From the NCBI GenBank assembly GCA_965218585.1, contig CBDCLE010000024.1, positions 160,001 to 224,000 on the forward strand: a DNA stretch of 64,000 nucleotides, written 5' to 3'. Position numbers and translations under genes: made by a program. This stretch comes from Terriglobia bacterium (GTDB lineage: Bacteria > Acidobacteriota > Terriglobia > 20CM-2-55-15). Shown one piece after another: positions 1 to 9,701 of this stretch (position 1 is the stretch's first letter; every line of letters begins with the position of its first letter). The notes under the pieces were generated by a model, which saw nothing but the letters and a program-made list of their open reading frames with translations, did not search any database and was not told the DNA's origin.

Positions 1-2
1 GA

Positions 3-614
3 ATCTCTCTTGCCGACCTGATCGTTCTCGGCGGTGCTACTGCCATTGAGCAAGCGGCTCGAAGTGCGGGTGTCGAGGTGGATGTGCCCTTTGTACCTCG
101 TCGCATGGACGCCTCCGAGGGGCAGACCGATGTGGACTCCTTTGCTCTGATTGAGCCGACCGCGGATGGGTTCCGCAACTACTTTGCGAGCGTTAACCCC
201 CGATCTCCGGTGGAAATGCTGGTGGAGAAGGCGGCTCTGCTGAACCTGACAATTCCTGAAATGGCGGCCCTTGTCGGCGGCATGCGAGCTATGGATGCCA
301 ATGCTGGAGGCTCGGCTCACGGCGTGTTCACAGACCGTCCCGGCACACTGAGCAACGACTTCTTTGTCAACCTGATCGACATGTCAACCGAGTGGACCGC
401 GTCATCCACCGAGGGCATTTTCGAAGGTCGTGATCGTGCCACGGGCGAGCCCAAGTGGACAGCTACTCCGGTAGACCTGATCTTTGGTTCTAACTCTGAG
501 CTGCGCGCTGTTGCTGAGTTCTATGCCGCGGACGACGCGCAGGAAGAGTTCGTGCACGACTTTGTTGAGGCATGGACGAAGGTGATGACCCTGGACCGCT
601 TCGATCTGGAGTAG
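3..614 (+). CDS. katG: Catalase-peroxidase, C-terminal part (5' end outside the window)
   Basis: Frame open from base 3: [11 protein letters not shown]...DGFRNY...[10 protein letters not shown]...[12 protein letters not shown]...[13 protein letters not shown], the typical KatG C-domain. Confidence 0.95.
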   Translation: MSLADLIVLGGATAIEQAARSAGVEVDVPFVPRRMDASEGQTDVDSFALIEPTADGFRNYFASVNPRSPVEMLVEKAALLNLTIPEMAALVGGMRAMDANAGGSAHGVFTDRPGTLSNDFFVNLIDMSTEWTASSTEGIFEGRDRATGEPKWTATPVDLIFGSNSELRAVAEFYAADDAQEEFVHDFVEAWTKVMTLDRFDLE

Positions 615-727
615 TAGTGGCAAGGTCTTAGCGAAAGTAGGTGCTCCAGAGCCTCTGAAAGGCGGCTCACGTTGAGCGCCGGGTCAGGGGATGGCATGGA
701 TAACTTTTCCTGATCTAGAACAACAAT

Positions 728-758
728 AGACGGCGGTATTTACTATGCCGCCGTTTTT
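728..758 (+). terminator. Rho-independent terminator after katG
   Basis: AGACGGCGGTAT-TTACT-ATGCCGCCGTTT hairpin ending in a T run. Confidence 0.75.
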
Positions 759-856
759 GTGTGGGCTTCTCGCGCACGCCAGACTTCGCCCATCGAGCCC
801 TTGCCAAGGGCAGAAACGACGTCATAGTGTGCGAGTTTTGATCCGGGCTGAATCAC
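743..856 (-). pseudogene. Ser/Thr protein kinase N-terminal remnant
   Basis: Manual translation VIQPGSKLAHYDVVSALGKGSMGEVWRARE (Hanks kinase Gly-loop); similarity ends after RAR(E). Confidence 0.8.
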
Positions 857-944
857 GTCTAAATAAAACTGCAGAAGGGACTTCGCGTCAATCAGAAGGT
901 CACATGCCTGGGTTACCGCTTAACCGGACAAGTGGTACGTTCAA

Positions 945-986
945 ATTCTCAACGTCCGACAAGATGATTTAACAGGAGTTGAGAAT
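945..986. repeat. 42-bp 17-8-17 palindromic site, copy 1
   Basis: ATTCTCAACGTCCGACA-AGATGATT-TAACAGGAGTTGAGAAT; related copies at 9410, 47665, 50379, 53550, 53608. Confidence 0.85.
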
Positions 987-1049
987 CATTTTCATGGTCG
1001 TTTAGGGAACCGCCGAGTTATTGTCAAAAGTGGTGTTTTGCCGATTGAC

Positions 1050-2297
1050 TCAAGCGGCGGCCTGATCGACGTGGGTCACTTCGATTCCATCGTTGAATTT
1101 CACTCCAGTAATCACCTTGGGCAGATCATCGAATCCTCGTAATCGTCGCCAGTTCTTTTGAGCGCACTGTCCCAGTTTGAACATCATGTGCAGCATGCCA
1201 ACCCGCGTCAGGCAACCCCTGGATCGCTTGGTTCGGTGGCGAATGGTAGCAAAAGTCGACTCAATGGGATTGGTCGTTCGGATGCTCTGCCAGTGCTTGG
1301 CCGGGAAGTTGAAGAAGGCCAGCAGTTCTTCTTTGTCTTTCTGGAGGCAGCGAGTGGCTTTCGGATACTTCGGCTCATAGGTTTCAATGAACAGATCGAA
1401 TGCCTTCTCGGCGTCTGCCTGTGTCTGAGCCCGCCAGATCGCGTGCAAAGCCTGTTTCGCCTTCGCCTGGGCCGACTTCGGGAGCCCGTTCAGTACGTTC
1501 ATGGTCTTGTGCATCCAGCAACGTTGGTGACGTGTCTCGGGATAGATTTCCTCCAGTGCGGCCCAGAATCCCATCGCACCGTCTCCGATGGCCAACTTCG
1601 GGATATTCATCCCACGCGACTTCAGCTTTAACAAGACCTCGCGCCAACTCTGTGTCGATTCCCGGACACCGTCTTCGATTGCCAGAAAACGTTTCTCTCC
1701 GCGTTGATTCGCGCCGATCACCACCAGTGCGCACAACTTGGTTTCTTCGGCCCGCAGTCCGCTGTAGATACCGTCGGCCCAGACATAGACCCAGCGATCG
1801 GCATCCAATCGCTCCTCGCATCCCCGGCGGTACTGCTCGGCCCAGACCTGTTTCAACCGCGATACCGTGCTCGCCGACAGGCCCTGCGCCTGGGGTCCGA
1901 CAAGAACTTTTAGAGCGTCACCCATCTCGCCGCTGGAGACGCCTTTCAAATACAACCACGGCACCGCTGCTTCCAGCGATTTCGTTTTCCGAATGTAGGG
2001 AGGTACCAGGGCCGACCGGAACGTTACCGGGTCGCCAGTCTTCGCTCGGACTTTCGGGATCTGGACCGTTACCGGCCCCAAACCGGTCTGCAGTTCACGT
2101 TCAGGCAGATAACCGTTGCGCACCACCCCGGCGTTGCCCGTCTCGGTTCTCCGATCGCCGTGGTGGGATAGCAGTTCCGCCAATTCGGTTTCCACCGCGC
2201 GTTGGATCAGTTGCTGAGCTCCAACTCGTAGTAGCTCTGTTATCGGATCCTCAATCGTCTCTCGACCCTCCGGTCCATTCACGTTACTCTTGCTCAT
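1050..2297 (-). CDS. IS256-family (Mutator) transposase, type A
   Basis: RNGY, WADGIY, GDGAMG, QRCWMH, RTTNPIES motifs; probable start MSKSNV. Confidence 0.93.
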   Translation of the reverse strand: MSKSNVNGPEGRETIEDPITELLRVGAQQLIQRAVETELAELLSHHGDRRTETGNAGVVRNGYLPERELQTGLGPVTVQIPKVRAKTGDPVTFRSALVPPYIRKTKSLEAAVPWLYLKGVSSGEMGDALKVLVGPQAQGLSASTVSRLKQVWAEQYRRGCEERLDADRWVYVWADGIYSGLRAEETKLCALVVIGANQRGEKRFLAIEDGVRESTQSWREVLLKLKSRGMNIPKLAIGDGAMGFWAALEEIYPETRHQRCWMHKTMNVLNGLPKSAQAKAKQALHAIWRAQTQADAEKAFDLFIETYEPKYPKATRCLQKDKEELLAFFNFPAKHWQSIRTTNPIESTFATIRHRTKRSRGCLTRVGMLHMMFKLGQCAQKNWRRLRGFDDLPKVITGVKFNDGIEVTHVDQAAA

Positions 2298-2355
2298 AGT
2301 GGCGTATCTCCCTTGGTTGCTTTGAAGTCTGGTAAACAACAAATCAACCAGATAG

Positions 2356-3720
2356 GAGGTCATTACAAAAGGTGTGTAAAAGTCATCAGGCGGCGGCCTT
2401 CGATTTCATCACGACTCTGATGCCGTCAGCGAATTGCTGACCATCATAGACCTCTTGTAAGAGTTCGGATCCTTTTAAGTGTCGCCAAGCCTTCTCAGCG
2501 ACACGTAGTAGCTTCCAGATCATTGCCGTTGCATTCTCGACACGCTTGAATCGGCGAGCGGCGTTGGTGCGGAGGCGAACCATGTCGAAGGGCGATTCGA
2601 CGATGTTGGTTGTTCTCAGATGCACCCAGTGTTGTTTCGGGAACTCATAGAAAGTAATCATCCGGTCCCAGTCCCGCAACAGCGTCTCACCCGCTTTGGG
2701 ATAGTTCTTCTCATATCGGCGGACGAACTGATCCCGCTTTCGTTCGCAGGCCGCGCGGGAGTTCGCGAAGGCCATCCCATGAAGCAGCTGTCTGGCCGCG
2801 GGCTGCTCGGTCTTCGGCAGATGATCGACCACGTTGATCGACTTGTGGTTCCAGCAGCGTTGTTCCTGGCCCTGGGGCTGTTGCTCGGCCAGCGCGGACC
2901 AGATGCCCAGGTGACCGTCCGCGACAGTCAGCCGTCCCAGCTTCAGGCCCCGTCTCTGGAGATTGCGCAGAATGCGGCTCCAGGACTCCTTGCTTTCCCG
3001 CTGCCCGCTCTCACAGGCCAACAGCACTTTGCGCCCGTCTGACAAGGCTCCGATGATCACCAGCAATGCCGCTCGCTCTTTCGCGATCCCCGCTTTCACG
3101 TACAAGCCGTCTGCCCACTGGTACACGACCTCGAGGCCGGACAGGTCCTGCTGGACCCACTCGTCATACTCCAACTGCCAGATCGATTTCAGTCGTTGGA
3201 TCGATGCTCGCGACAACGGAGCGCCAGCGCCAAGCAGTCCGCGCATGGCCTGCTCGAAGTCCCCTGTGGCCAGGCCGTGGAGGTAGAGATCGGGAAGTAG
3301 CTCGCCCAGCTGTTTCGATTTCCGTCGAAAATACGGCAGGATCTGACTCTCGAACCGCTCGGCGGTGTTTCGAACCCGAGGTCGTCGAACCTCCATCGTA
3401 CCGTTCATCATTGCGAAGCGTCGCGGTTTCCCGTGACCGTTCCGGTATCCTCGTCGATTCGGACTCCGCTCCGACTTTTCCCGACCCAGAAATTGAGTGA
3501 CTTCGTCCTCGAGCAGCTCCTGTAGCCAGACTTGGACCCGGGATCGCGCCCAGTCCTCCAAACCTTCATACGCGTTCGTTGACGCCACTGATGCCGGTAT
3601 GTTCTTCTTCTTCATGGGTGGTGTACCTTTCTCCCGATTGCTGCCGGGATTGCTTACGGTTTCGAATTCACCGAAAGCGTACACCGCCTTCTCTTTTTAC
3701 ACACCGATTGGAACGACCTC
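2356..3720 (-). mobile_element. IS256-family element type B, copy 1, nested in type A
   Basis: IRs GAGGTCATTACAAAAGGTGTGTAAAA / TTTTACACACCGATTGGAACGACCTC; ACCAGATA duplicated at 2347-2354 and 3721-3728; the uninterrupted site is visible in type A copy 2. Confidence 0.93.
2386..3615 (-). CDS. IS256-family transposase, type B
   Basis: YRNG, WADGLY, ADGHLG, QRCWNH, RTTNIVES motifs; probable start MKKKNI after GAAAGG. Confidence 0.93.
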   Translation of the reverse strand: MKKKNIPASVASTNAYEGLEDWARSRVQVWLQELLEDEVTQFLGREKSERSPNRRGYRNGHGKPRRFAMMNGTMEVRRPRVRNTAERFESQILPYFRRKSKQLGELLPDLYLHGLATGDFEQAMRGLLGAGAPLSRASIQRLKSIWQLEYDEWVQQDLSGLEVVYQWADGLYVKAGIAKERAALLVIIGALSDGRKVLLACESGQRESKESWSRILRNLQRRGLKLGRLTVADGHLGIWSALAEQQPQGQEQRCWNHKSINVVDHLPKTEQPAARQLLHGMAFANSRAACERKRDQFVRRYEKNYPKAGETLLRDWDRMITFYEFPKQHWVHLRTTNIVESPFDMVRLRTNAARRFKRVENATAMIWKLLRVAEKAWRHLKGSELLQEVYDGQQFADGIRVVMKSKAAA

Positions 3721-3774
3721 ACCAGATACGCCGCTCTTCCTCAATCCCTCAAACACCAGATTCGGTTATAACTC

Positions 3775-3868
3775 GGAACCGCCACCCGTTCCGCACTAGC
3801 GGCCATCAGTATTTCTACGATGTCGGCGTGGCCTCGTTCTTCGGCCAAGCCCAGGGCCGTCACCCCCT
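3775..3868 (-). pseudogene. Ankyrin-repeat fragment joined to a kinase-like C-terminal tail (ERVAVP*, stop at 1002-1004 beyond the IS)
   Basis: Manual translation GVTALGLAEERGHADIVEILMAASAERVAVP; removing the IS restores the TAA. Confidence 0.55.
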
Positions 3869-6566
3869 GGTAACTAGTATTTCTTCCGGGATTCGATCTT
3901 CGCTAATTTAACAGCTCGTGGCAAACCTGTGCCCCGTTTGCATGCAGGAGTACGGTTGTCAGCCCACCCAGCGTCAATGGCTCCTACCGCCTCGGCGACA
4001 ATGTGACGTCACGCCTCTTCCGGCGTTCCGTTGAAGGCAACCAACGTCATACACCTCAAGCAGCACCCCTCGGGACATCTCGAAGAACCAACTCCTCAAG
4101 AAAAGATCTTAGAAACGATGGGTGTAAACCAACTTGGACGCAAGTTGGCGATCGAAAGTGCTGAGCCCGTCCAGGGGGTCGCTGAGCCAGTTGTGGTTGT
4201 ACACCAGATACAGGTCGTTGCCTGGATTCAGAATCCAGCGGAATCGGGCCTGCCATCCCAGGTTCCGGCTGTCGTTGTCGTACTGGATGATGTCGGCGAA
4301 CGAAATCCAGGGGCTGAACTGAGCGTTCACTTCCCCTCTTAAGGTACTGACCGAGAAGCTGCCCTGAGGCAGTTCGATACGGGTCCATTGGTTGTCCAGG
4401 CCGATGGAGAGCCCGCTGCGTGGCCGGATGGTCAAACGGGGCCCGAAATCGCGGCGCGTTCCGCTGAAGTAATCGCCCCATCTGAACCGTCCGCCGAAAG
4501 AGACGGGCCGCTGGCTACTCGTGTTCCAGAAGGCATCATAGCTGTTGTACCGGTACTGGGTTCCTGCCGGCAGGATCACAGAACCGTTCGGTCCCATCCT
4601 GAAGTCACTCTGAAGCCTCTCGAACTCCCGGAAGATACCGAAACCGAAGAAATCGCCGGTATGAAAGGTCATCTGGAACAGGTCGAAAACGAGCGACTGC
4701 GACAACATAACGTTTCGGCTGTCGTCGGTCTGGTTGAAGCCCACGCTCCATTGGAACTGTCGGATCAGGGGGTGGTTTTCCGGGCGGGGCGAGAGGCGAA
4801 GGAAACTATCGTATTGTTTGATACCCGTCCGGTTGACGAAACCCACGGCCGGATCGAAATTGGCCTGCGTCTCCGTGAAGCCGACCCGCCATCCCACGAG
4901 ATCGTTGTTGGAATTCACCGACGTCCCGTAGCGCGCGCTATTCCCGGTATCGTCCGGATTCGTCGTTGTTACGTAGTGCGAGGTGAGTGAGAGGTTCTTG
5001 TCACCCATGAAGCGCCGCGTGGTCAAGTTAACATCGAATCCCAGCGTCTGCAGTGCGGGTCCAATCGACGCCGGGTCCGCTATCTGGTCTTCACGCGTGC
5101 TTCGCCGTGTGTAGAGCATGCCAAAGTGGGATTCTGTTAGGATGCGGCGCGCACCTCTGAAAACCGTGAAATCCTCCCCAGGCCGAACGCCGTCTTCCCC
5201 AGTACGTACCTGCAGGATACCAATGTCCTGAGCACCGGCCTGCCCGGTCAGCTTGACCCCGTAGTCGACCCTCTGGGGTTGTCCCTCTGTCAGTCCGATC
5301 CGTCGGCTGAAGAACGCGTCACCGAAACCGGACATAGAAAAGAAGTTACTTCCCTCCAGGAAAAAGTTCCGCTTTTCAGGGAATCGAAGAGAAAATCGGG
5401 TCAGGTTGACCTGGCGGTCGTCCACCTCGGTTTCCGCAAAGTCTGTGTTGACCGTGAAGTTGGCCCTGAGGCTGGGCGTCACGTTGTAGATAAAATCGAC
5501 CCCACTGTCTCCTGTATAGGAGGCGTCTGTCCTGTTCCCCGGCGAGGATCGGGCTCGCCCCGTCGCGTAGGGTCTCACATCCAAACCGATGCCCTGACTG
5601 ATTTCCGACATGCCTACGATCAAGCCGGCATTGGACATCCTCCGCAGGCCTCCGCTGGTGCGCCCGAAACCGTTCCAAATGGTTTCCTCGTTCTTTCGCC
5701 GTACTGTTCGTTGGAAATTGATTCCCCACGCCTGCGCGTTCGGATCAAAGTTCAGCGTGCGGAACGGCATTTCGACTTCGATGACCCACCCGATCTCGCT
5801 CCGGCGAACCTCCGCGTCCCAGATTCCGTCCCAGGCGCCGCCTCCACCTCCGCCGAACCCGCCTCCACCTCCACCAGGGAAACCGCCACCTCCACCAGGG
5901 AATCCTCCGCCTCCGAAGAATCCTCCTCCACTGACGAGTTGGTCGCCCATGGCTCCGGAAGGATTCATCTCGAAGAAATACCCGGTCCGTTCGTCCAGGT
6001 AGGTGTCGAAGACCCACATGAATCGGTCGTCGGCGTCCAGGAAGGCATCCCGCTGCATGGTGTTTCCCATGAGCTGGTCGGGTTCGGAGTCGTAGAGGAT
6101 TACCCCCATGTACATATTGTTGTCATTGAAGAGGATGTACACCTCGGTGGGCTCGGTCGCCGCGGCTCCGTTGTCCGGGTCGATCTGGATGAACTCTGTC
6201 GCCGGTTCGGCCCGGCCCCACGAGATTTCATCCAGGCGGCCATCGAGGTTGATGCTTTCGCCCGGCTGGAGTCGCGAGGCGGCCATGACCCGGCGGTCTT
6301 CGAAGCCGTCGAGGCCTTCTTGCGCCTGGACCTGTGATGTTGTCTGTCCGAGAAACACAAGAGTCGCTTTGACAACGTAAAAAGAGCCCACCCCGATCGA
6401 GTAAAAAGGACCCACCCCCCGGGTTAATGGTTTGTAAGTAAATCCGCCGTCGGGGTTGCGGGAAGTGTGGAAGCCGAAAGCTTCCAAGCCGCGGTGGTAA
6501 CGCGCCGGCTTTGCAGCGGGTTTCCACGGTGGCGACACTTTCCACAGCCGCTCGCTCGCGTGTGTT

Positions 6567-7358
6567 TCACGCGGAACCTTGGGCGGACCGGGGTTTCTTC
6601 TTCCGCTTGCCCGCGGCACCGAGACTCTCGGTGAAGCGGATACTTTCCCAATCGAACTGATGAATCGCACAGTGATGGGTCAATCGGTCCAGCAGGGCCG
6701 CGGTCAGGGCGGCATCGCCGAACACGCTGGTCCACTGCGCAAACGGCAGGTTCGACGTCACGATGAGGGAACCCTTTTCGTACCGGTCCGAGAAGACCTG
6801 AAACAGCAACTGGGCGCCCTCGGCCGAGAACGGGATATAGCCGACCTCGTCGACGATGAGCAGCTCGAAGCGGGACAACTTCGCCAGTTGCCGCTTCAAC
6901 TGTCGCTCCTCACGGGACTCGATCAGCGTATTGACCCGCCCCGCGGCCGTGGTGAACCCGACGCGGTAGCCCCTCCGGCAGGCTTCCACGCCCAGCACCG
7001 TCGCGGCGTGGGTCTTGCCGGTGCCGTGCTTGCCCAACAGCACGACGTTCTCGCACCGGGTGATGGTGTCGCACTCGGCATAGTCGCGCACCTGGACCGC
7101 ATCCAGTGCCGGCCACTTGTTCAGGTCGGTCGTTTCCAGGGTTTTCAACCGTGGGAACCGGGCCGTGCGCAACCGGCGCTGGATCTGATTGGCTTGCCGC
7201 TGTTCCAACTCGCGACTGGCCAGAGCCAGCAGAAAGCCGGGGTACCCCTCGCCGGCTTCCTTGGCCTGCCGGCCGTATTCCCGCCAGGCACGGACCATGG
7301 CCGGCAACCGGAGCTGCCGCAATGCGTCGTCCAGGACCACCTCCTGTCCCGGAGTCAT
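6567..7358 (-). CDS. istB: IS21 helper ATPase IstB
   Basis: Walker A GKHGTGKT, LLIVDEVGY, TSNLPF..W, LLDRL; ATGA overlap with the istA stop. Confidence 0.93.
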   Translation of the reverse strand: MTPGQEVVLDDALRQLRLPAMVRAWREYGRQAKEAGEGYPGFLLALASRELEQRQANQIQRRLRTARFPRLKTLETTDLNKWPALDAVQVRDYAECDTITRCENVVLLGKHGTGKTHAATVLGVEACRRGYRVGFTTAAGRVNTLIESREERQLKRQLAKLSRFELLIVDEVGYIPFSAEGAQLLFQVFSDRYEKGSLIVTSNLPFAQWTSVFGDAALTAALLDRLTHHCAIHQFDWESIRFTESLGAAGKRKKKPRSAQGSA

Positions 7359-8884
7359 CGCACACCTCCAGCCAACAGGTCGTATCGATTCAGATCGGTT
7401 CCGGCAATCGCCCGGTCCGTGATCCCGGGCATCAGTCCGGACTCGAGCGGGGCATGGGATCGGGCGGGTGCGTCCTCCCGCATCAGAATGTGCCGCACCG
7501 CTTCCAGTTCGACGCAGTGGGCATCGAGCGCATCCTGGACGGCGGCCGACACCCGGCCCAGATCCCAGTTCTGGTGGAGTTGCAGGATGCTGATGAACTC
7601 CCGGGTGCCCCGGCTGTACCCATGCCGGTCCCGCAACCGCTCCAGCACCGTCTCGTAATGGGCCGGCCACTGGGGCCGCCACTGCCGGATCGGGCGGGCA
7701 CTCTCAAACGAGGCCACCTTCCGCCGGATCAACTCCAGGTAGTGCAACGGATCGGTCCGCCAGTCGCTATGACCGAAGGCGCGGGCATGTTCGGCCACCT
7801 TCTTCTGGTCCGCGTAAAAGCTCACCCGGTCACAGCCGATATGGGCCCAGAGCCGGCGTCCCACATACGCGGTCGGCACCGAGTAGCGGTTCGAATCCAC
7901 CTGGGCGGTCTGGTACCGGCTGATCCGCACGCCCACCACCTTCGTGTTTTCGAATGGCGTCTCGGGCAGCGCCAACAGGCGCTCTTTCTCGACCGCGTGC
8001 CGTTCCCCGATCGTGCGGGCGTCGGCCCGGCCGCCGATCCGGCGCTGCTCGTCGGTCGCGCAGCGTTCCAGCAGCTGCGCGTTCAGTTCCTCGAAGTCGG
8101 CCACCTCGGGAACCGGCACCAGGAAATTCCGGCGTGCGAAACCGACCAGACCCTCGACACCACCTTTCTCCTGGCCCCGGGCCGGATTACAGAACCGCGC
8201 TTCAAAGGTGTAGTGGGCTCGTAACGCCGTGAACCGGTCCTGCTCGATCCGGGCCTTCCCCCTCAGAATCCGCCTCACAGCTGTCTTCAGGTTATCGAAG
8301 ACCACGGCCGGGAATACGCCGCCGTACCAGCCGAACGCCCGGATGTGACCGTCCAGGAACATCGCCTGCCGTTCCCGCGGATACGCCCGCACGAACGACT
8401 TGCCCGAGTACCGGCTCCGCATGCAGAACAGTTTGACCTGAACGTCTTCACCCTTCATCCGGACCCAGCCCGTCCCCCAGTCCACTTCCGCTTCCCGCGC
8501 CTGTTCCGGATCCAGCGGCACCACCGCCCCCGGCCGGTGCCAGCCCAAACGCATCTTCCGCTCCCGTACCCATCGCCGCACCGTCGGCTCGGCTCCGGTG
8601 AACCCATGTTCATCGACCAGGCGCCGCCATACCCGGTGCGCCGTGTGCCGCTGCTTGACCGGCTGCTCCCGATCGGCCCGCAGCCAGCCCTCCACGATCC
8701 CGGCCACCGGGTCCATCACCGGACAGGCCGGCTCCTTCTCCCGCCGATACTTCGGCTCCTGGCCGGCCAATACTTTCCGGACCGTCCGTCTCGTGTGCCC
8801 GGTCTCCCGGGCGATCTGTCGAATGCTTTTCTTGTAAACTCGATGTGCGGTCCTGACCATCTCGTACTGATCCATCCCTAACAA
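7355..8884 (-). CDS. istA: IS21 transposase IstA
   Basis: N-terminal HTH, EAEVDWG, FDNLKTAV, EKGGVEGLVG, NRYSVP. Confidence 0.93.
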   Translation of the reverse strand: MLGMDQYEMVRTAHRVYKKSIRQIARETGHTRRTVRKVLAGQEPKYRREKEPACPVMDPVAGIVEGWLRADREQPVKQRHTAHRVWRRLVDEHGFTGAEPTVRRWVRERKMRLGWHRPGAVVPLDPEQAREAEVDWGTGWVRMKGEDVQVKLFCMRSRYSGKSFVRAYPRERQAMFLDGHIRAFGWYGGVFPAVVFDNLKTAVRRILRGKARIEQDRFTALRAHYTFEARFCNPARGQEKGGVEGLVGFARRNFLVPVPEVADFEELNAQLLERCATDEQRRIGGRADARTIGERHAVEKERLLALPETPFENTKVVGVRISRYQTAQVDSNRYSVPTAYVGRRLWAHIGCDRVSFYADQKKVAEHARAFGHSDWRTDPLHYLELIRRKVASFESARPIRQWRPQWPAHYETVLERLRDRHGYSRGTREFISILQLHQNWDLGRVSAAVQDALDAHCVELEAVRHILMREDAPARSHAPLESGLMPGITDRAIAGTDLNRYDLLAGGVR

Positions 8885-9231
8885 CTCCTTATCCTCCCTC
8901 CGCCATGCCGGTTCATCCAGGCACTCGCCGGGGGAGGCTATCAGGGTGGGTCCTTTTTCCTCGATCAGAACCCCGTTTGGTGGGTCCTTTTTACGTTATC
9001 GAAATCACAAGAGTAAGGAAGAACAGCAGCGGAGCTGTCGGTAGGATTCTTTTCATATCGAGCTAGTAGTCCTCTAAGTCAAACGGTTACCGGAGGCGTA
9101 ATCACATCCCGCGATTGGACGTTCCGGACTGATCGGGGTGAGCAACTCAATTTCTCGGGCGTCAAAGAAACCAGATCATCCTCATCTCAGGTTCGATTCG
9201 AAGAGCGTTCTAAGCTGACGGACGAAGACAC

Positions 9232-9335
9232 TCATTCGATGTTGGCTACTTCACGGGCACGCCTCACCTCTCCCATTCCACCTTTCCCATGCGGCTGAGA
9301 ATCTCGTAATGGCCGAGTTTGGTGCCAGATTCCAT
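9232..9335 (-). pseudogene. Ser/Thr protein kinase N-terminal remnant (frameshifted)
   Basis: MESGTKLGHYEILS / GKGGMGEVRRARE; similarity ends after RAR(E). Confidence 0.8.
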
Positions 9336-9409
9336 GTTCAAGTGTGTCGCTGAAAAAACCGAGAGAAACTCGGTAAAAGATACTAGAGGAGAGAGTTAGT
9401 TGGCATCCA

Positions 9410-9451
9410 ATTCTCAACGCTTGTTAAACGACATTGTCGGACGTTGAGAAT
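9410..9451. repeat. 42-bp palindromic site, copy 2
   Basis: ATTCTCAACGCTTGTTA-AACGACAT-TGTCGGACGTTGAGAAT. Confidence 0.85.
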
Positions 9452-9701
9452 CGCACGGCTCAATCCTGATGCCTTCAGTCCATGTTTTCTTACAGTTGGG
9501 CGCGAATTAGGGCAGGCGTGCATAACGACGTGTAAAATCCGGGCTCGGCTACGGCTAGAATGCACCTGTGACGTTATGCAATGACGTCGCAGAGAAAAGG
9601 AAGGCTCTTGAACCACAGGGGCTCGATTTTCTGAATGATTCTCAAGTCGCGGGTTCGAATCTCTCGCGCCACAATCGTTGATTACAAACGCACTTGACAC
9701 A

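Larger units (their letters stand above)
1015..3774 (-). mobile_element. IS256-family element type A, copy 1 (1386 bp plus nested type B)
   Basis: Terminal IRs GAGTTATTGTCAAAAGTGGTGTTT / AAACACCAGATTCGGTTATAACTC; 9-bp target duplication GGAACCGCC at 1006-1014 and 3775-3783. Confidence 0.93.
6365..9005 (-). mobile_element. IS21-family element 1
   Basis: istA-istB pair; subterminal repeats AACGTAAAAAG(A/G)(G/A)CCCACC at both ends; 9-bp direct repeat CACAAGAGT at 6356-6364 and 9006-9014 (exact ends ambiguous within it). Confidence 0.9.
4109..9056 (-). pseudogene. DUF5916 / CBM9-like outer-membrane protein interrupted by IS21 in its signal peptide
   Basis: Body 4109-6364 (LDGRLDE..W, WGINFQR, TVNTDFAETEVD, FPEKRNFFLEG, C-terminal F); joining 9015-9056 gives MKRILPTAPLLFFLTLVFLGQTTSQVQAQE. 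Confidence 0.88.

Noticed and set aside
945-986. 42-bp palindrome as an integron attC site
   Set aside because: Shorter than known attC sites, ends do not fit RYYYAAC/GTTRRRY exactly, cargo genes are in mixed orientation and no intI is visible.
945-986. 42-bp palindrome as a dif/pdif (XerCD) site
   Set aside because: TGTTAAAT resembles the XerD arm in some copies only; there is no XerC arm at 11-6-11 spacing.
1158-3500. Long antisense and alternate-frame ORFs over transposases and core genes (also 22689-23993, 5279-6337, 7106-8224)
   Set aside because: Shadow ORFs of GC-rich coding DNA with no recognisable motifs.
5835-5935. C-rich tandem tract as a separate non-coding repeat
   Set aside because: Explained by the in-frame glycine-rich loop of the DUF5916 protein.
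6365-6670. N-terminal extension of the 853-aa ORF 4109-6670
   Set aside because: It is read-through from IS21 end sequence; the real N-terminus is at 9015-9056.
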